From: Halocafeteria seosinensis
Lineage: Eukaryota
Reading direction: 5' to 3'
DNA: 20,000 nt
NCBI GenBank assembly: GCA_001687465.1
Contig: LVLI01000308.1
Coordinates: 61,390 to 81,389 of the forward strand
Below, in pieces: positions 1-11,200 of the stretch. The stretch's first letter is position 1. Each line of letters begins with the position of its first letter. A program made the position numbers and the translations under genes. Under the pieces are notes generated by a model, which did not search any database, had not been told where the DNA came from, and was given only the letters and a program-made list of their open reading frames with translations.

Positions 1-1415
1 ACAGCTCCCTCGTCCAGAGCAAGCGCTATTGCTTGCGCGTCAATGGGTGGGCCAATGTTAAAGCTCATTTCTCGTTGCGGCTTGAAGTCGCTAAGATCGA
101 ATGTGCGAAGCGTCTGAAGACGTTGGTGTCGCGAGCAAGCAGTGCCGTTCCTGCAAGAATACGTCCAGACAGAGACAGAGTCCACGGATCCTGCGAACGA
201 GAATGATTCATGCGCTAATAGGATAAAATGTACACGAGGGAACCGGATTGAATCCAGTTGCGTCGAGAGCTGAGGTGGAAAGATATCCCGCATGAAATGA
301 AAGTAGTAGTTTTTATCAAGAGTATTGCCTGCTTTGTCAAAGAACGCTCTCTTTGGGATCTCTAATGACACTCTGCCCTCCATAGTACCGGAAACATCTA
401 CAGCAAGCAAGTATACAGAGTCTGCTCCAGTGAAATTGGCCGGCAATCTAGAAAGAGTTTTCTCATTAATCACTGCAGCCTCTCCGTCGTCGTACGAAAA
501 TCCTGGGTCATCAAATACAATACGACGAAGACTGTCTACTGATGCACCGGAAACTAGTATTGAGGCTTCTTCGTGAGCTAGTCCTCGCGCTCCCTGTGCT
601 GGCTCCGTAGGGATATCGTTAGGCGTAACAACTTTGTTGAACAGTAGAATTATCTCCATACGCGACGCCTTCCAGTTTTCTCCTTCACCGATAGGTGTGA
701 CAACTTCTACCTGAGGTGGTACTCCATCGAACCAGGTGGCAGCGCGGACTTCCGCCTTTAAGACAACTCCCCGAGTATCCATGAGGAAATTAGGACGGAT
801 AGCAAGTTCTACTCGGCCGCGTCTAAGGTGGTCCAGTCTTATCAGCCACATATGCTCATCGCTACTCAATCGGGAGATGGAAGCGATGCCCTCTGCACCG
901 GTGCTTTCCCCCTCCACATTGATACAAAACGCATTGCTGGAAAAGTTTGCAAGGGCATGACTTGATACCAGTAAGAATGTTAATAGATCTGAGCTAGGTC
1001 GGGAATCTTTCAAAGTCTCCTGTGCATACAGAGAAACTTCCAGTGGAGGTAAAGAAGGAGATGGGGAGGCTGTAATCGTTACCGTTGGGGAAGGCGTCGG
1101 CGTGAACATGCCACTAAATCTTGACACTAACGTCTGCGAGGAAACATGAGTAGCGGCCACCGTGAAAGGCGGTAAAGTTATCGTCGCATCAGCAAAACAG
1201 TTCTCAACGACTCTCGCCGTAAACGAATATGTTAGATTTGCTTGAACTTCCATCCATGTCTCCGAGAATAATTCAATACAATCTACATCGAACTCGGTGG
1301 TGCTGAGAGGGTACGCAATCTCTCGGTTGAACGCTGCGATTACCACAAACCTCGAGGAGCCGCTGAAACCGTTATGGAACTCCGGAAGGAGAGGAGCGTT
1401 GAGGGATAGGTGAAT
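1..1415 (-). other. Probable run of 3-4 bacterial-type Ig-like (Big_12/Big_13/SbsA-like) beta-sandwich domains
   Basis: Domain-boundary motifs DGVPP (714-728) and DIFPP (273-287), strands FVVIAAFNREI and IILLFNKVV, and GRVELAIRPNFLMDTRG and GRVSLEIPKRAFFDKAGN (DxAGN at 324-338). The assignment rests on motif recognition only. Confidence 0.6.
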
Positions 1416-2171
1416 AGAGGGTCCTGGAGTGCGACTCACGCTGGATGTGGGACTCACGGTAGCTGTCACACTAGGAGTAGAGGAAGGTGATGTACCTACA
1501 GTAGAAGTCGGAGTGATGCTTGCTGAGGGAGTCGCGGTAGGTGTGGGCCTGACGCATATGTTGTCCAGACATGTCTTCGACTCACAGTCATTTCCAGTCA
1601 CGCACTCCTTTCCAAACAGGCACGGCGGGCAATTGAGCCCACCACAATCCACATCGGTTTCGTTATTGTCTTCTTTTCCGTCGAAACAACTATGGGGATA
1701 TATGCACACCAAGGTGTCAGCATCACAATGGTTTGTTAAGCAGTGTAGATCCTGTCTGCAAGGCTTCTCTAGGGAGACACGACATTTTTGTTCTACACAC
1801 TTTCCATCAAACGCGCAGTCTTGATTTAAGACACATTCAGCACCCGGAGGACAAGTTTCGGGACAAAGAGTACCTCCACAGTCAGTGTCAGTCTCGAAAC
1901 CGAAATTAAGCGTGCCATCAGTACAAGATGGACGGCTACAACTACCATTTAGACACATCCCAGAAATGCACGAAGCATTCCACTCACAGACCTGAGTAGC
2001 GTCTGGTACATAGTCCGGACTACGCCCGAGGAGAGTGTTCGTCTGATTTACTTGCACAGCAGCAAGCGTGGATAGTTCCTCTATCTGAAGTCTCAAACTG
2101 GGGACCAAAGTGTTATTTGTCCCCTCGAAGACGCAACTACCGTCATCTACTTGTGCTTGTGGATTGTAATT
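1..2171 (-). CDS. Second exon (3'-partial, 723 codons) of the same giant protein: Cys-rich repeats, Pro/Ser/Thr linkers, Ig-like domains
   Basis: Manual translation from 2171 gives NYNPQAQVDDGSCVFEGTNN...CTDGTLNFGFETDTDCGGTLCPETC...ETDVDCGGLNCPPC...PTPTATPSASITPTS...FFDKAGNTLDKNYYFHFMRDIFPPQ...IALALDEGA, with no stop through position 1. It is absent from the ORF track because its stop lies outside the window. Confidence 0.93.
1044..1103 (-). other. Pro/Ser/Thr-rich linker 2
   Basis: Translates as TPTPSPTVTITASPSPSLPP. Confidence 0.8.
1416..1547 (-). other. Pro/Ser/Thr-rich mucin-like linker 1
   Basis: Translates as PTPTATPSASITPTSTVGTSPSSTPSVTATVSPTSSVSRTPGPS. Confidence 0.85.
1554..1988 (-). 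repeat. Cys-rich region (24 Cys in 145 aa) with two CxDG...ETDxDCGG..C..C repeats and four C-x5-C-x4/5-C-x4/6-C units
   Basis: Translation shows SCTDGTLNFGFETDTDCGGTLCPETC and SCFDGKEDNNETDVDCGGLNCPPC. They are flanked by CEWNASCISGMCLNGSC, CVLNQDCAFDGKCVEQKC, CRQDLHCLTNHCDADTLVC and CVTGNDCESKTCLDNIC. Confidence 0.88.
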
Positions 2172-2224
2172 CTGCGAGGTATTTCAACATAAATAAAATG
2201 ACAGTAACGTATACCTCGCTAGAA
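2170..2224. repeat. Inverted repeat (13 bp with one bulge, 9 bp perfect core, 28-nt loop) overlapping the intron 3' splice site
   Basis: Plus strand TTCTGCGAGGTAT (2170-2182) is the reverse complement of ATACCTCGC[T]AGAA (2211-2224) once the single extra T is looped out. Confidence 0.8.
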
Positions 2225-2241
2225 ACTGCAGCGGGACGTAC
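2172..2241 (-). other. Spliceosomal GT-AG intron, 70 nt, phase 0
   Basis: The minus strand reads AAG|GTACGT...CATTTTATTTATGTTGAAATACCTCGCAG|AAT TAC, with an AT-rich interior. Removing it gives GCTYPLAK^NYNPQAQVDDGSC, a 21-aa unit the same length as the three preceding GCT repeats, and switches into a frame open for 723 codons. That downstream frame has a TGA inside the intron (2184-2186). The upstream frame ends at TAG 2143-2145 if unspliced. Confidence 0.93.
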
Positions 2242-5200
2242 CTTTGCCAAAGGGTATGTGCAACCAGTTTGGAACATCTCGCAAGTTCCGTCATCCAATG
2301 TAGCGTCTGGATCGTAGTTTTGCGACGTGGGGCAAGTACATCCTACGACGTGGCCGGACGGCAGTATACAGGTGCCATCGTTAGATCGTGCTCTTGGGTC
2401 ATAGTTCACAGCGATTGGATAAGTACATCCTCTTGGTAAAAGAAAATCGCAAGAGCGATCATTGACCGTGGCTAAGGGGTTAAAATTTATCGCAGTCAAA
2501 TTCGTGCAGCCATGAATATCACCGATGAATTTGGAAGCGTTGCACTTGATAAGGTTTGATACTCCCGAAACGGTTCCATTGCTGATGATGCCCACGTTGC
2601 ACAAGTACACAGTTTTGGGTAGTATCAGCTTTGCTCTATTCGAGACCAGTATGTTTGTCGCATTCACCACTCCCTGAAGCGCTTGGAATCGCTCTTGATA
2701 TACCACCGCGCGGCCTCCACCTTCTTCAAGCCTGGAAACGGCGGAGACATTGCTAGCAAAAGTCCGCTGTTTACTCAACAGCAAAAGAGTTATGTTACTG
2801 TTGATACTCAATGAACCAGTGGTATCTCCCTCAAGTGTTCTGACGACTGTAGTAGTGCGTTTATTATTGGAGTCGTCCAATTGAAACACTGCTGTTGCCG
2901 CATCAAACACACCCACTGTGTCGAATTTCTGTACAACGTGTTCACGGCTCAACTCAACGAACGTTTGTGCCGGTGGAGTATATTCCGGGCGACCAGCGAT
3001 AGTGAGATGTCTCTTGCCAGCAATGTTAACAAATATCGTCCCCGGGCCACTGCCTGTGGAGCCATTCCCTTTGCCATTATAGGCGGTAAGATTGCCCCTG
3101 TAAGAGAATACTGTAGAATATACTGCAACGCGTCCACCTGATCCTGCGCCACCGGAGCTAGGCATGCTGTCACCTCCATCAGCAGAAATTGTACCTCCTC
3201 CAGAGATCCAATGGAAGTCCACAAGGAGAGAACCTCCTGCTCCCCCAGCTACAGGAAGGTCGGAGCTACGGGTTCCGTCGAGCCCGCTTGATGACAGCAA
3301 CCCGTTTAGATGCAGCCTCGAAACATTGGAGGCACCGCGCAAAGAGAGAGCCCCGCCTCCGCGTCCTCTGTTTTGACACACATTCCATCCATTGCCCCCT
3401 TGACTCCTGGGAAGGAAGGCATTCCCAAATGCTGGTTTAACTGCATACCCTCCTGGGGACGCATGAGAACCTCCTGCAAATTGGTTCTCAGCAGTGCTTG
3501 TTAACGAGGCTCCCCCAGTGGCGGTGAACGTACTCCCCCACTGGAGGCTCAAATCAATGCTAACAACCACTTCTGTCATATGAAGCTGCTCACTATGTTG
3601 TATTGTAACGATGCCACCATTCCCCACGATGAAATGCTCTGCAGATAGTTTTGAGACTCCTTCCATACGTAGTAAACCACGGCTTTGACAGTGCACAGTC
3701 CGAAAAGAGTAACCGCCTTCAATTGCGTTTGTGGTTCCACTATCCTGCAATATCAAAGTGCCGCCCTGCGCCACAATAACATCCTTCGCTCCCTGAAGGA
3801 CACCAAACAAATGAAGAGCCCCCTCTGACAACGTCAATGACGGTGCAGTAATAATCTGAGCCTGCTCTTCAATAACAACCGAAGTACCTCTCAACGTAGT
3901 TCCGGAAAGCATGTACCGTCCATTAACATCGACGATAGTAGTTACATTGGACTCATGCAACCAGTAGGAGCTCCGAAGTTCACCAAAGTCTTCAAGAGGA
4001 CCCCCATTAATTCCGAGCACTGTGCCACTTTGCATCTGAAGAGTACCAGAGCCATCACCATCTAAGTTATCGATAAACACATGCGGTTGGGAAGCCACCG
4101 GCCGAACGGACACGAACGCATGACCCTTTATCCACATGTACTTCAAGGACAGCGGTAATGAAGAGGTTAAGTACAGTACTGTTGCCGCAGGCGTAGCTTG
4201 GTTCATGTTGTCGATGAGTATCTCATTAGTACGATTAATGTGGAGGTACTGCCGCTGGAGAAACACAGTCCCTGCAGCACCAGCCTGATTCCCGTCCCCC
4301 CCGTGAGCAGTTACGGTGAGGGAGTGGTCCTCCAGCATCAGGTATGCTGCCACTTGCCCACCAGCTCCTCCGCCTGCTAATAGACTTGGGTCACTGACTC
4401 CACCACTACCCCCATGGGCCGTGAGCTTCCCCGATCCTCTTGTAGAACCCGAAACAAGAACTAACAAACTACCGCCGCTACCACCGCCTGAATTTGTTGC
4501 CCCTGGCCCTCCATCTACAGAAATGTGCCCATCAAGTTGGAATATGGTGGAATGACTTCCATTCAAGAAAACTTTCAAATTCCCTCCTGCAGTTCCACAT
4601 CCACCACTACCATTTATGGCAGAATACCCATTTTGGCCAGAGTTTACAGGCCACATGAAATCACTGACATCTGCAGTAGAGCCAAAGCCACCGTCACCCC
4701 CATTGCTTCCTCCGGGAATCCTCCCTGAAGGTGCGGTCTTACAAAGGTGTTTAGGGATTTGACTAAGTTGCCCGCTCCAGTTAATTTTGGCACCGTGAGC
4801 GACGATGATTTTCTGCTCTACGGATAAAGCGGTGCTAGGGGATTCGAAGGCTGGACCTCCATTGAGCGCACTGTGCTCGAGAAGCACTATCGATAGAGCA
4901 TTCAGAAGCGCACTATGCCGCAGAGTAATTGATGACGCACCGGCGGCAGAGACTGTACCTGCTGTAAATGTTGAACCACTGTAATGCGGGTAGACGTCCA
5001 GCAGCGCGTTGTCGCGGAGTAATACCGCTTTCAGTGCCAGCGTGGTATCCTTAAACCCGCTTCGTTGAGACAAGACCGCACTAGCGTTGCCACCAAATAA
5101 AGCCACATGATCGTCAGAAATTTGACCCGTCACAAAAATCCAGGTTTTACAGGCATGGAGAGTGAGAGAATCTCTGTGACAGCCATTTTCTACGTGAATA

Positions 5201-8200
5201 ACAGATTTTGCCGCGGTGCCTGCATCATATTCCACCGGCAGGATATTTCCGAACACTCCTCGAGGCGAGCTATAGAATACCGTCCCTGTAGCTCCTTGGA
5301 CGCTGCACACTTCGTTCCCCCCTTGGACAGTTACATCTCCCTCAAACATCTCCATGAACTTCGCTTGGATAGAGATTCTACCTCCAGCACCGCCGCCCCC
5401 TTGTAACTCTCCAGTACCACCACCACAGCCTCCACGAGCTTCAAGTGTTCCTTTACCAGATAAGCTGCCAGTGGTAATGGTAAGACTGCCACCACTTCCT
5501 CCGCCACCACCAACACTGCCATTTGCACTTGCTTGACCGCAGATACCATTGACAGATACTTGGCCATCTATTATCGCGGTTCGATTCGAACCATTCATTA
5601 AGATTGCTAACGCCCCACCACCTTTTCCCCCTCGGATGCCGAACTTGTCGGAGCCAGAACCGCCGCTACCGCCACTGACCGGCCATTGATGGTCTCCACA
5701 CGCTTCACCCCCTAACAAACCACCAATACCCCCGTAGCTCCCTCCGGATCCTATTCCACTCGACAAGGGAGACGAACGGGTACAGCCGAGATGTAGAGGG
5801 CTCTCTCTAGAGCCATAGCCACTACCAGTAGAGTCGATTCGGGAGGTGATGTCCACTAGCAGGAAGCGCCGTACGTAAAGACTTACAGGAGACCCTTCAG
5901 CATGGACAACGGACCTATACCGTAGTTGTAGTGAATAAGCAGACACGCTGCTGACACCAGCTTCTACGACTAACCTGGAATCGTATTCAACAGTCAAGCT
6001 TCCTCCAATGGAGAACGTTGCGTTCGTAGTCGCGGAAGCTCGCAGTGCCAAGTCGCTAAACTGTCTGGTTCGAATAAAACCAAGATGGTTGTCTACGGAG
6101 CTAAAGACAGCAGCCTTTCTGCCTGGGGAAACTTCCAACACGTCAGTAACTAGTGGGGAGCCTGGCATGTTAATCCACGTTTCTGTCTTGGCCGACTCAC
6201 AATTTGGCATAGAAACTGAGCCAACGCTACCAACAAATACGAACCGGCTGAAGGTTGGCCGAACCAATGGCAGTGAGGCTAGAGTTTGGACCTGCGCTGA
6301 ACGATCCGTCTCGATAAACACCGTTCCAGCAGCTCCCTGCGGGCAGGTTTGACCTCCTTGCGCTATCACCTCTCCATCGAAATGTTCGACGCTGCTTACA
6401 TACAAAGCAATGCGTCCACCTGAAGCGGACCTCCCTGGGTTACCGACACCTCCATTAGCAGAAATCAAGCCTGAGCCTGAGAGGTCATCTGCCTCAATCA
6501 ACAGGCTACCGCCAGCCCCTGCACCATTCTGGGTGTCGTCAGTGGCATTTGCCCCATTCACTTGGATTAAACCATCGTTACGGAGGCGCAATCTAGAGGT
6601 ATTAAGCCTTGAAATCATTATAGCTATTCCCCCACTTGGAAAGGAACCGTTCGAAGGCTGGGGATTTCCCGGAAGGTTCGGATAATCGTACCTTCCACAC
6701 GGGGAGATAGAGTTCCCAGAGCCGGGTCCGCTGTGACTGCCATCGGTCCCTCCTTGAGGGAGGAAGGAGCAGTTCCCCGGAATCAGTCTAAGTGCGTTTT
6801 GAGTATACGAACTTTCCGAACCAGAACCACTCAAAACGGCGTTTGGACCAATGTATAAATGATTGCTTCTGATAGTAGCCACTGGCTCCACCAACTGGTG
6901 GAAGCTAATTCTACTTGAATCCATCAACGACATCGAAGACACATGTAGATGGTTACAGTGCCATAGCTGCAGTAATGAGCTTTCATGCATTTTGACGGTA
7001 TTGGTTGGCTTGGCAAGCAACGTGGTGCAGCTCCAGCGAACAATAGCCTCGTTTCTCGCACTTATCTTGGAGAACCCGCTCCTTCCGCGACAGCTTTCAA
7101 TTAAAACCACGGCCGAGCCTGAAATAGAAGCATTCACTTCTGACATCTTCGGAGGGGGGTTAACGTAAGTATAGACGGATGATAGGGATGTAGGTATCCT
7201 AAGAGAGCTGTGAATGAGCACTACTCCACGAGTGTTTTCATGACGATCGCCTGAGAACACTGTCCCTGTTGCCCCGGAGGAAGATCCTGAGCCCCCAAGC
7301 ACCTGCAGCGAGTGGAGCCCTATGTGTTCACCATATAGAGCGAGACGACCACCTCCGCCTCCTCCGGCGTTCTTGCTATTACCCCCGTTTACCGAAAGAA
7401 ATCCGTTTCCTGTTATGGTACCGGCTTCGACCCATAGGCTCCCACCTGCCCCTCCCCCAACGTTGCTTGAGATGCCGTTTTCCCCTTCACATTTAATGCT
7501 GCCTTCTACAGTGACTCGGTTGCTGCCAAAGGGAGAAACCTGAATCCGCAATGCAGCTCCTCCACCGCCACCAGCCTCTTCAGTTGACGATGCAGATGGT
7601 TCACCACGCAGGACAGGCCCGTACGACGAACCACAGGCACCCACCGCATGGCCTCCGACACCAGCATGGCTTCCACCAGCTTCTGCAATGAGTTGTGTCT
7701 GGCGAGTGGCACAGCAAGTATACCGGCAAGGAATATTTGCATCTGGCAATCCCACAACGGAGGAGCTATTGTCGACACTAAAGAAATCCTCCACCCTGAG
7801 AATTAGGGGACGCACTGCTTTTCCAAACACCAACTGACTCTCTTCACCTAACAGGATAGCCACGGCAGACATTTTGGTAATGCTCCGTATAGACAAGAGA
7901 GAGCCTCTAGAAATACGTACGTGCCCTCCAAAGTCTAGAGACATGGGAGCACCGAAAGGAGAGTCGTTGTTAATGTAGACACTGCTGTCTCCATCAACAG
8001 TGAGCTTTCCCAGTTTCAGGCCGGTTGGCTCCCACTGTAAATCGATTACTAGGGTGGCGGTATTCCGGACTACAATCTCGCCAACATCTACCAACTCGGA
8101 AGCATTTCTCCTGAAAGTGCTGCCAACTTGCGCAGGCGGAGTAGCGAACACGAGCTGAGAGTCTTCCGTTTTGTTGTCACGTCCAAGAAAAACAGTGCCG

Positions 8201-11200
8201 GTCGTTCCGTTTTCCGAGCCCAATCCTCCCCCAACGTGGAGTTTACCAGCAAAGCGGTTGTCCATAGTGAGAAATGACAACCGCCCACCGCCACCGCCAC
8301 CGCCAGACGTTCCGTTGGAAGACTCAGTAAAAGGAGGACCTCCGTCTCCCCCCTTAGCAGAAAATTGGCCTTCCCCTACTAAAATGTCCATGGCTATAAA
8401 AATGGACCCACCTGAGCCTCCGCCACTTCCTATTGATACCGCTGGTACCCCGTTCGCACCATTGCATTCAATGCGTCCGTTCATTTCCAAGACGCTCACA
8501 CTGGAGGTACCTGCGGTGGACCACAAGGATAGATGACCGCCGCCGGTTCCACCCGGGGAACTTCCGGAGTGGCCTCCCGCTGCGCCAGCCAGCGCTGCCG
8601 AACGGAAGTTTCCACAAGGCACAAGAGAAGACAACCCTCCCACTCCTCCATATGTACCACCTGCACCTTGCGAGGCTGAGCTACAAAGTTGTGAACTATC
8701 GTGCGTGGTATACCCCTGACCATTTGCCAGGATGGCGGCTCCACGGGAAATGACGGAATGCAACTCAATCCAGATACTGGTTTGTACAGGATTTCCACTT
8801 AGGAGCATTAAGGCGTTGTCGAGAACATAGAAATATCTAGCCCAAAGCTGGAACAAGTTTGAAAACGTGGCCCTACTTGTGTCTGCAAGCACAAAACCGC
8901 TGAAATGAAGCGTTCTCCTACTGTTTGGGAGTTCTGCAAGGTCAAATTCGCTACCGTCAGCGAGGATGAGATTGTTAGCCCCTACCAGCTCTCCTTTAAG
9001 TTCCAGCCATGAATTGTACAGGGTGACATTCTCAGGGAAGGTGAGGGTTGCATTCCTCCCGACTTCTATCCTGGCGTCGTTGATACTAGAGGTGGCGCCA
9101 AACCACTTCCGCTGCCATGTAGTTGTAATCCAAAATTCTGAATCAGAAGTGTCAGTAGACACATCAATTACAATTTCTTGGTTTTTCCTTCCAGCATTCT
9201 CGCCAACCACGTTCAGCGCAGTTTGTTGTTTAACTACAAGAGTTGAGTGTCCATCAAATTTAAGCTGAGATACGCTCACTGAAATCGCCTGAGGCATGAT
9301 CTGGCTAAGAGACAAGAAGGAAAAACGAGTCCCACCAAAAACCACAAGTTCTTCAATTAGTGGCAAAAATATACCATCTTCTACGAATGCAACAGTTAAT
9401 GGGACCGCTGCAGAAGCGCTAGACAGCTTGTTGTCTACTGACAGAACCGTGCGTGGTTGGGAACTGCAGTGGAAACATTCGTGGAATATGGTACCTGCAG
9501 CAGCGGGGAGAGGCAGATGCCCTCCTCGAGCCTCTGTATGTATAAGAGAGCTACTGGAATAACGGGAACTTGTAGCAATTCGTCCGCCAGAGCCTGCACC
9601 TCCTCCATCCTCGCTGATTCCCCCATTTGCTCTAAGGTGTCCACTTCCATGAACCCTAGCCGCCTGAATGTAGATACTGCCACCGGCTCCACCACCGCTC
9701 ACGTTACCGTCGATAGCAACGCCAGATAAACCATTAGCCTCAATTGTACCGTCGACTCGGACGTCACCGAGAGTCGAAATTTCCAGGGAATTACCGCCGG
9801 CTCCACCTCTTGCTCCTTCTGTCGAAGCACCAGGAGCACCTTGTGTAGTAGGGTGGGTGAAATTGCCACAGGGTCGTCCCGAAAATGGACCGGCACCAAA
9901 GCCACCGTGACTTCCTCCACTAGCGGAACTCGGCAACACACAGTTTATGTCAATACTTGTCCTCTTGCCTTTACCACTCAGATTAATGTTGCTGTATTCT
10001 TGGATCTCGATTTGTCCTTCTCCATTAAACTGTGCGCCCCCTGTCACTATATTTGTGATGTCCATGGAAGCTCCTCGGAACATGAAGAAACTATGGAAGA
10101 CCATCTTCGTGATTTCATTCAGGTGCGCAGTAGCCCCTTCTAACATCTTAAATGAGCCCAGAACCGCAAATTCCGACTGAGAGACTAGATTTGTAACATC
10201 GTCGGATACAACGTCTACGACAGAGGAACCACCTACAACTGCGTCACCAACCAGGGTAAAGGACTCATTTACGGAAACAGTAAGCACCAACCTGGAGTAA
10301 GTGCCAAGCGTCAATTCAGATATCTCATACTTGGAACGCTCAGGCACAGCCAGACGCGTTGAGAGTCCTAGTAGAACGTCGTTTGGAACGACCGTATCTC
10401 CGTTGCTGATACTGACTCGGACGAAGCCGGTGGTACTGTTGACCCACGTTGTAGTTCCCGATCCACCTAACAGGAAGGGATTGTCTGCTTTACCGCTAGT
10501 CGTTCTCATGCTGCCGGTGAAACCGCAAAGTCGGCTGGCGTAAAATATACGCCCTCCTGCCCCTGCTCCTCCAGCCAGGGTAGAGTTAGTGGAGCTTCCA
10601 CCGTTTCCGCCTGATGCCGATACATTCCCCTCACCGCGAATAATATCAGCAGAGAGCACGATACTTCCCCCGCTGCCGCCTCCCCCAGCAGCTTCACTTG
10701 CCTTACTGTCCATCCCTTCAATTCCATCTGCCCTTATTAGACCATCAACGACCAATGCTGAGTCGTTATTAGAAGCAGAGATTTTCAGAGCAGCTCCTCC
10801 GGAGCCCCCCAACAGTGATTGCGCACTTCCGCCACCAGCCCCTTTGATGAGGCTTCCGTCAAAGTTTCCACACGGCCGTGGACCTCCATTTCCACCAGAG
10901 CCTCCATACGATCCACCTTTTCCTCCATGAATGGAATGGTTGGATGCCGGCAAAGTAGGTAGGCACGAATCCGCTTCACTTGCGTCATCACTGGAGAAGC
11001 CACCGCCACTTCCTCGAATCACTGACGACGCATCTATGTAAAACTTCTTCTCAAAGCTGATATGACTATATGGTACAGTCGGTTGCGTTACGGATATTTC
11101 ACTCTCTTCGCGTATACTGATATACTCGCCATATAGAGCACTCACATCCTCTAAATCGATTCTTGAAGATTCTGTTAAGTCTATTCTGCCTCCGGGCAAC

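Larger units (their letters stand above)
2133..2511 (-). repeat. Four tandem 21-aa GCT..A.NY(D/N)P.A..DDG(S/T)C-type Cys/Asp repeats
   Basis: The units are GCTNLTAINFNPLATVNDRSC (2449-2511), GCTYPIAVNYDPRARSNDGTC (2368-2430), GCTCPTSQNYDPDATLDDGTC (2281-2343) and GCTYPLAK^NYNPQAQVDDGSC (2133-2265, split by the intron). Confidence 0.92.

Noticed and set aside
381..416. VYLLAVDVSGTM resembles a von Willebrand A MIDAS motif (DxSxS)
   Set aside because: The fifth residue is Thr. The motif is followed by a beta-strand and DKAGN typical of Ig-like domains, not by the helix expected in a VWA fold.
2143..2241. Programmed frameshift, sequencing error or pseudogene as the cause of the frame change
   Set aside because: A simple indel or slip would leave about 23 extra residues in the fourth GCT repeat. 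Removing the GT...AG 70-mer restores the exact 21-aa unit.
8285..8305. (CCACCG)3 microsatellite-like tract
   Set aside because: It simply encodes the GGGGGGG run of module 12.
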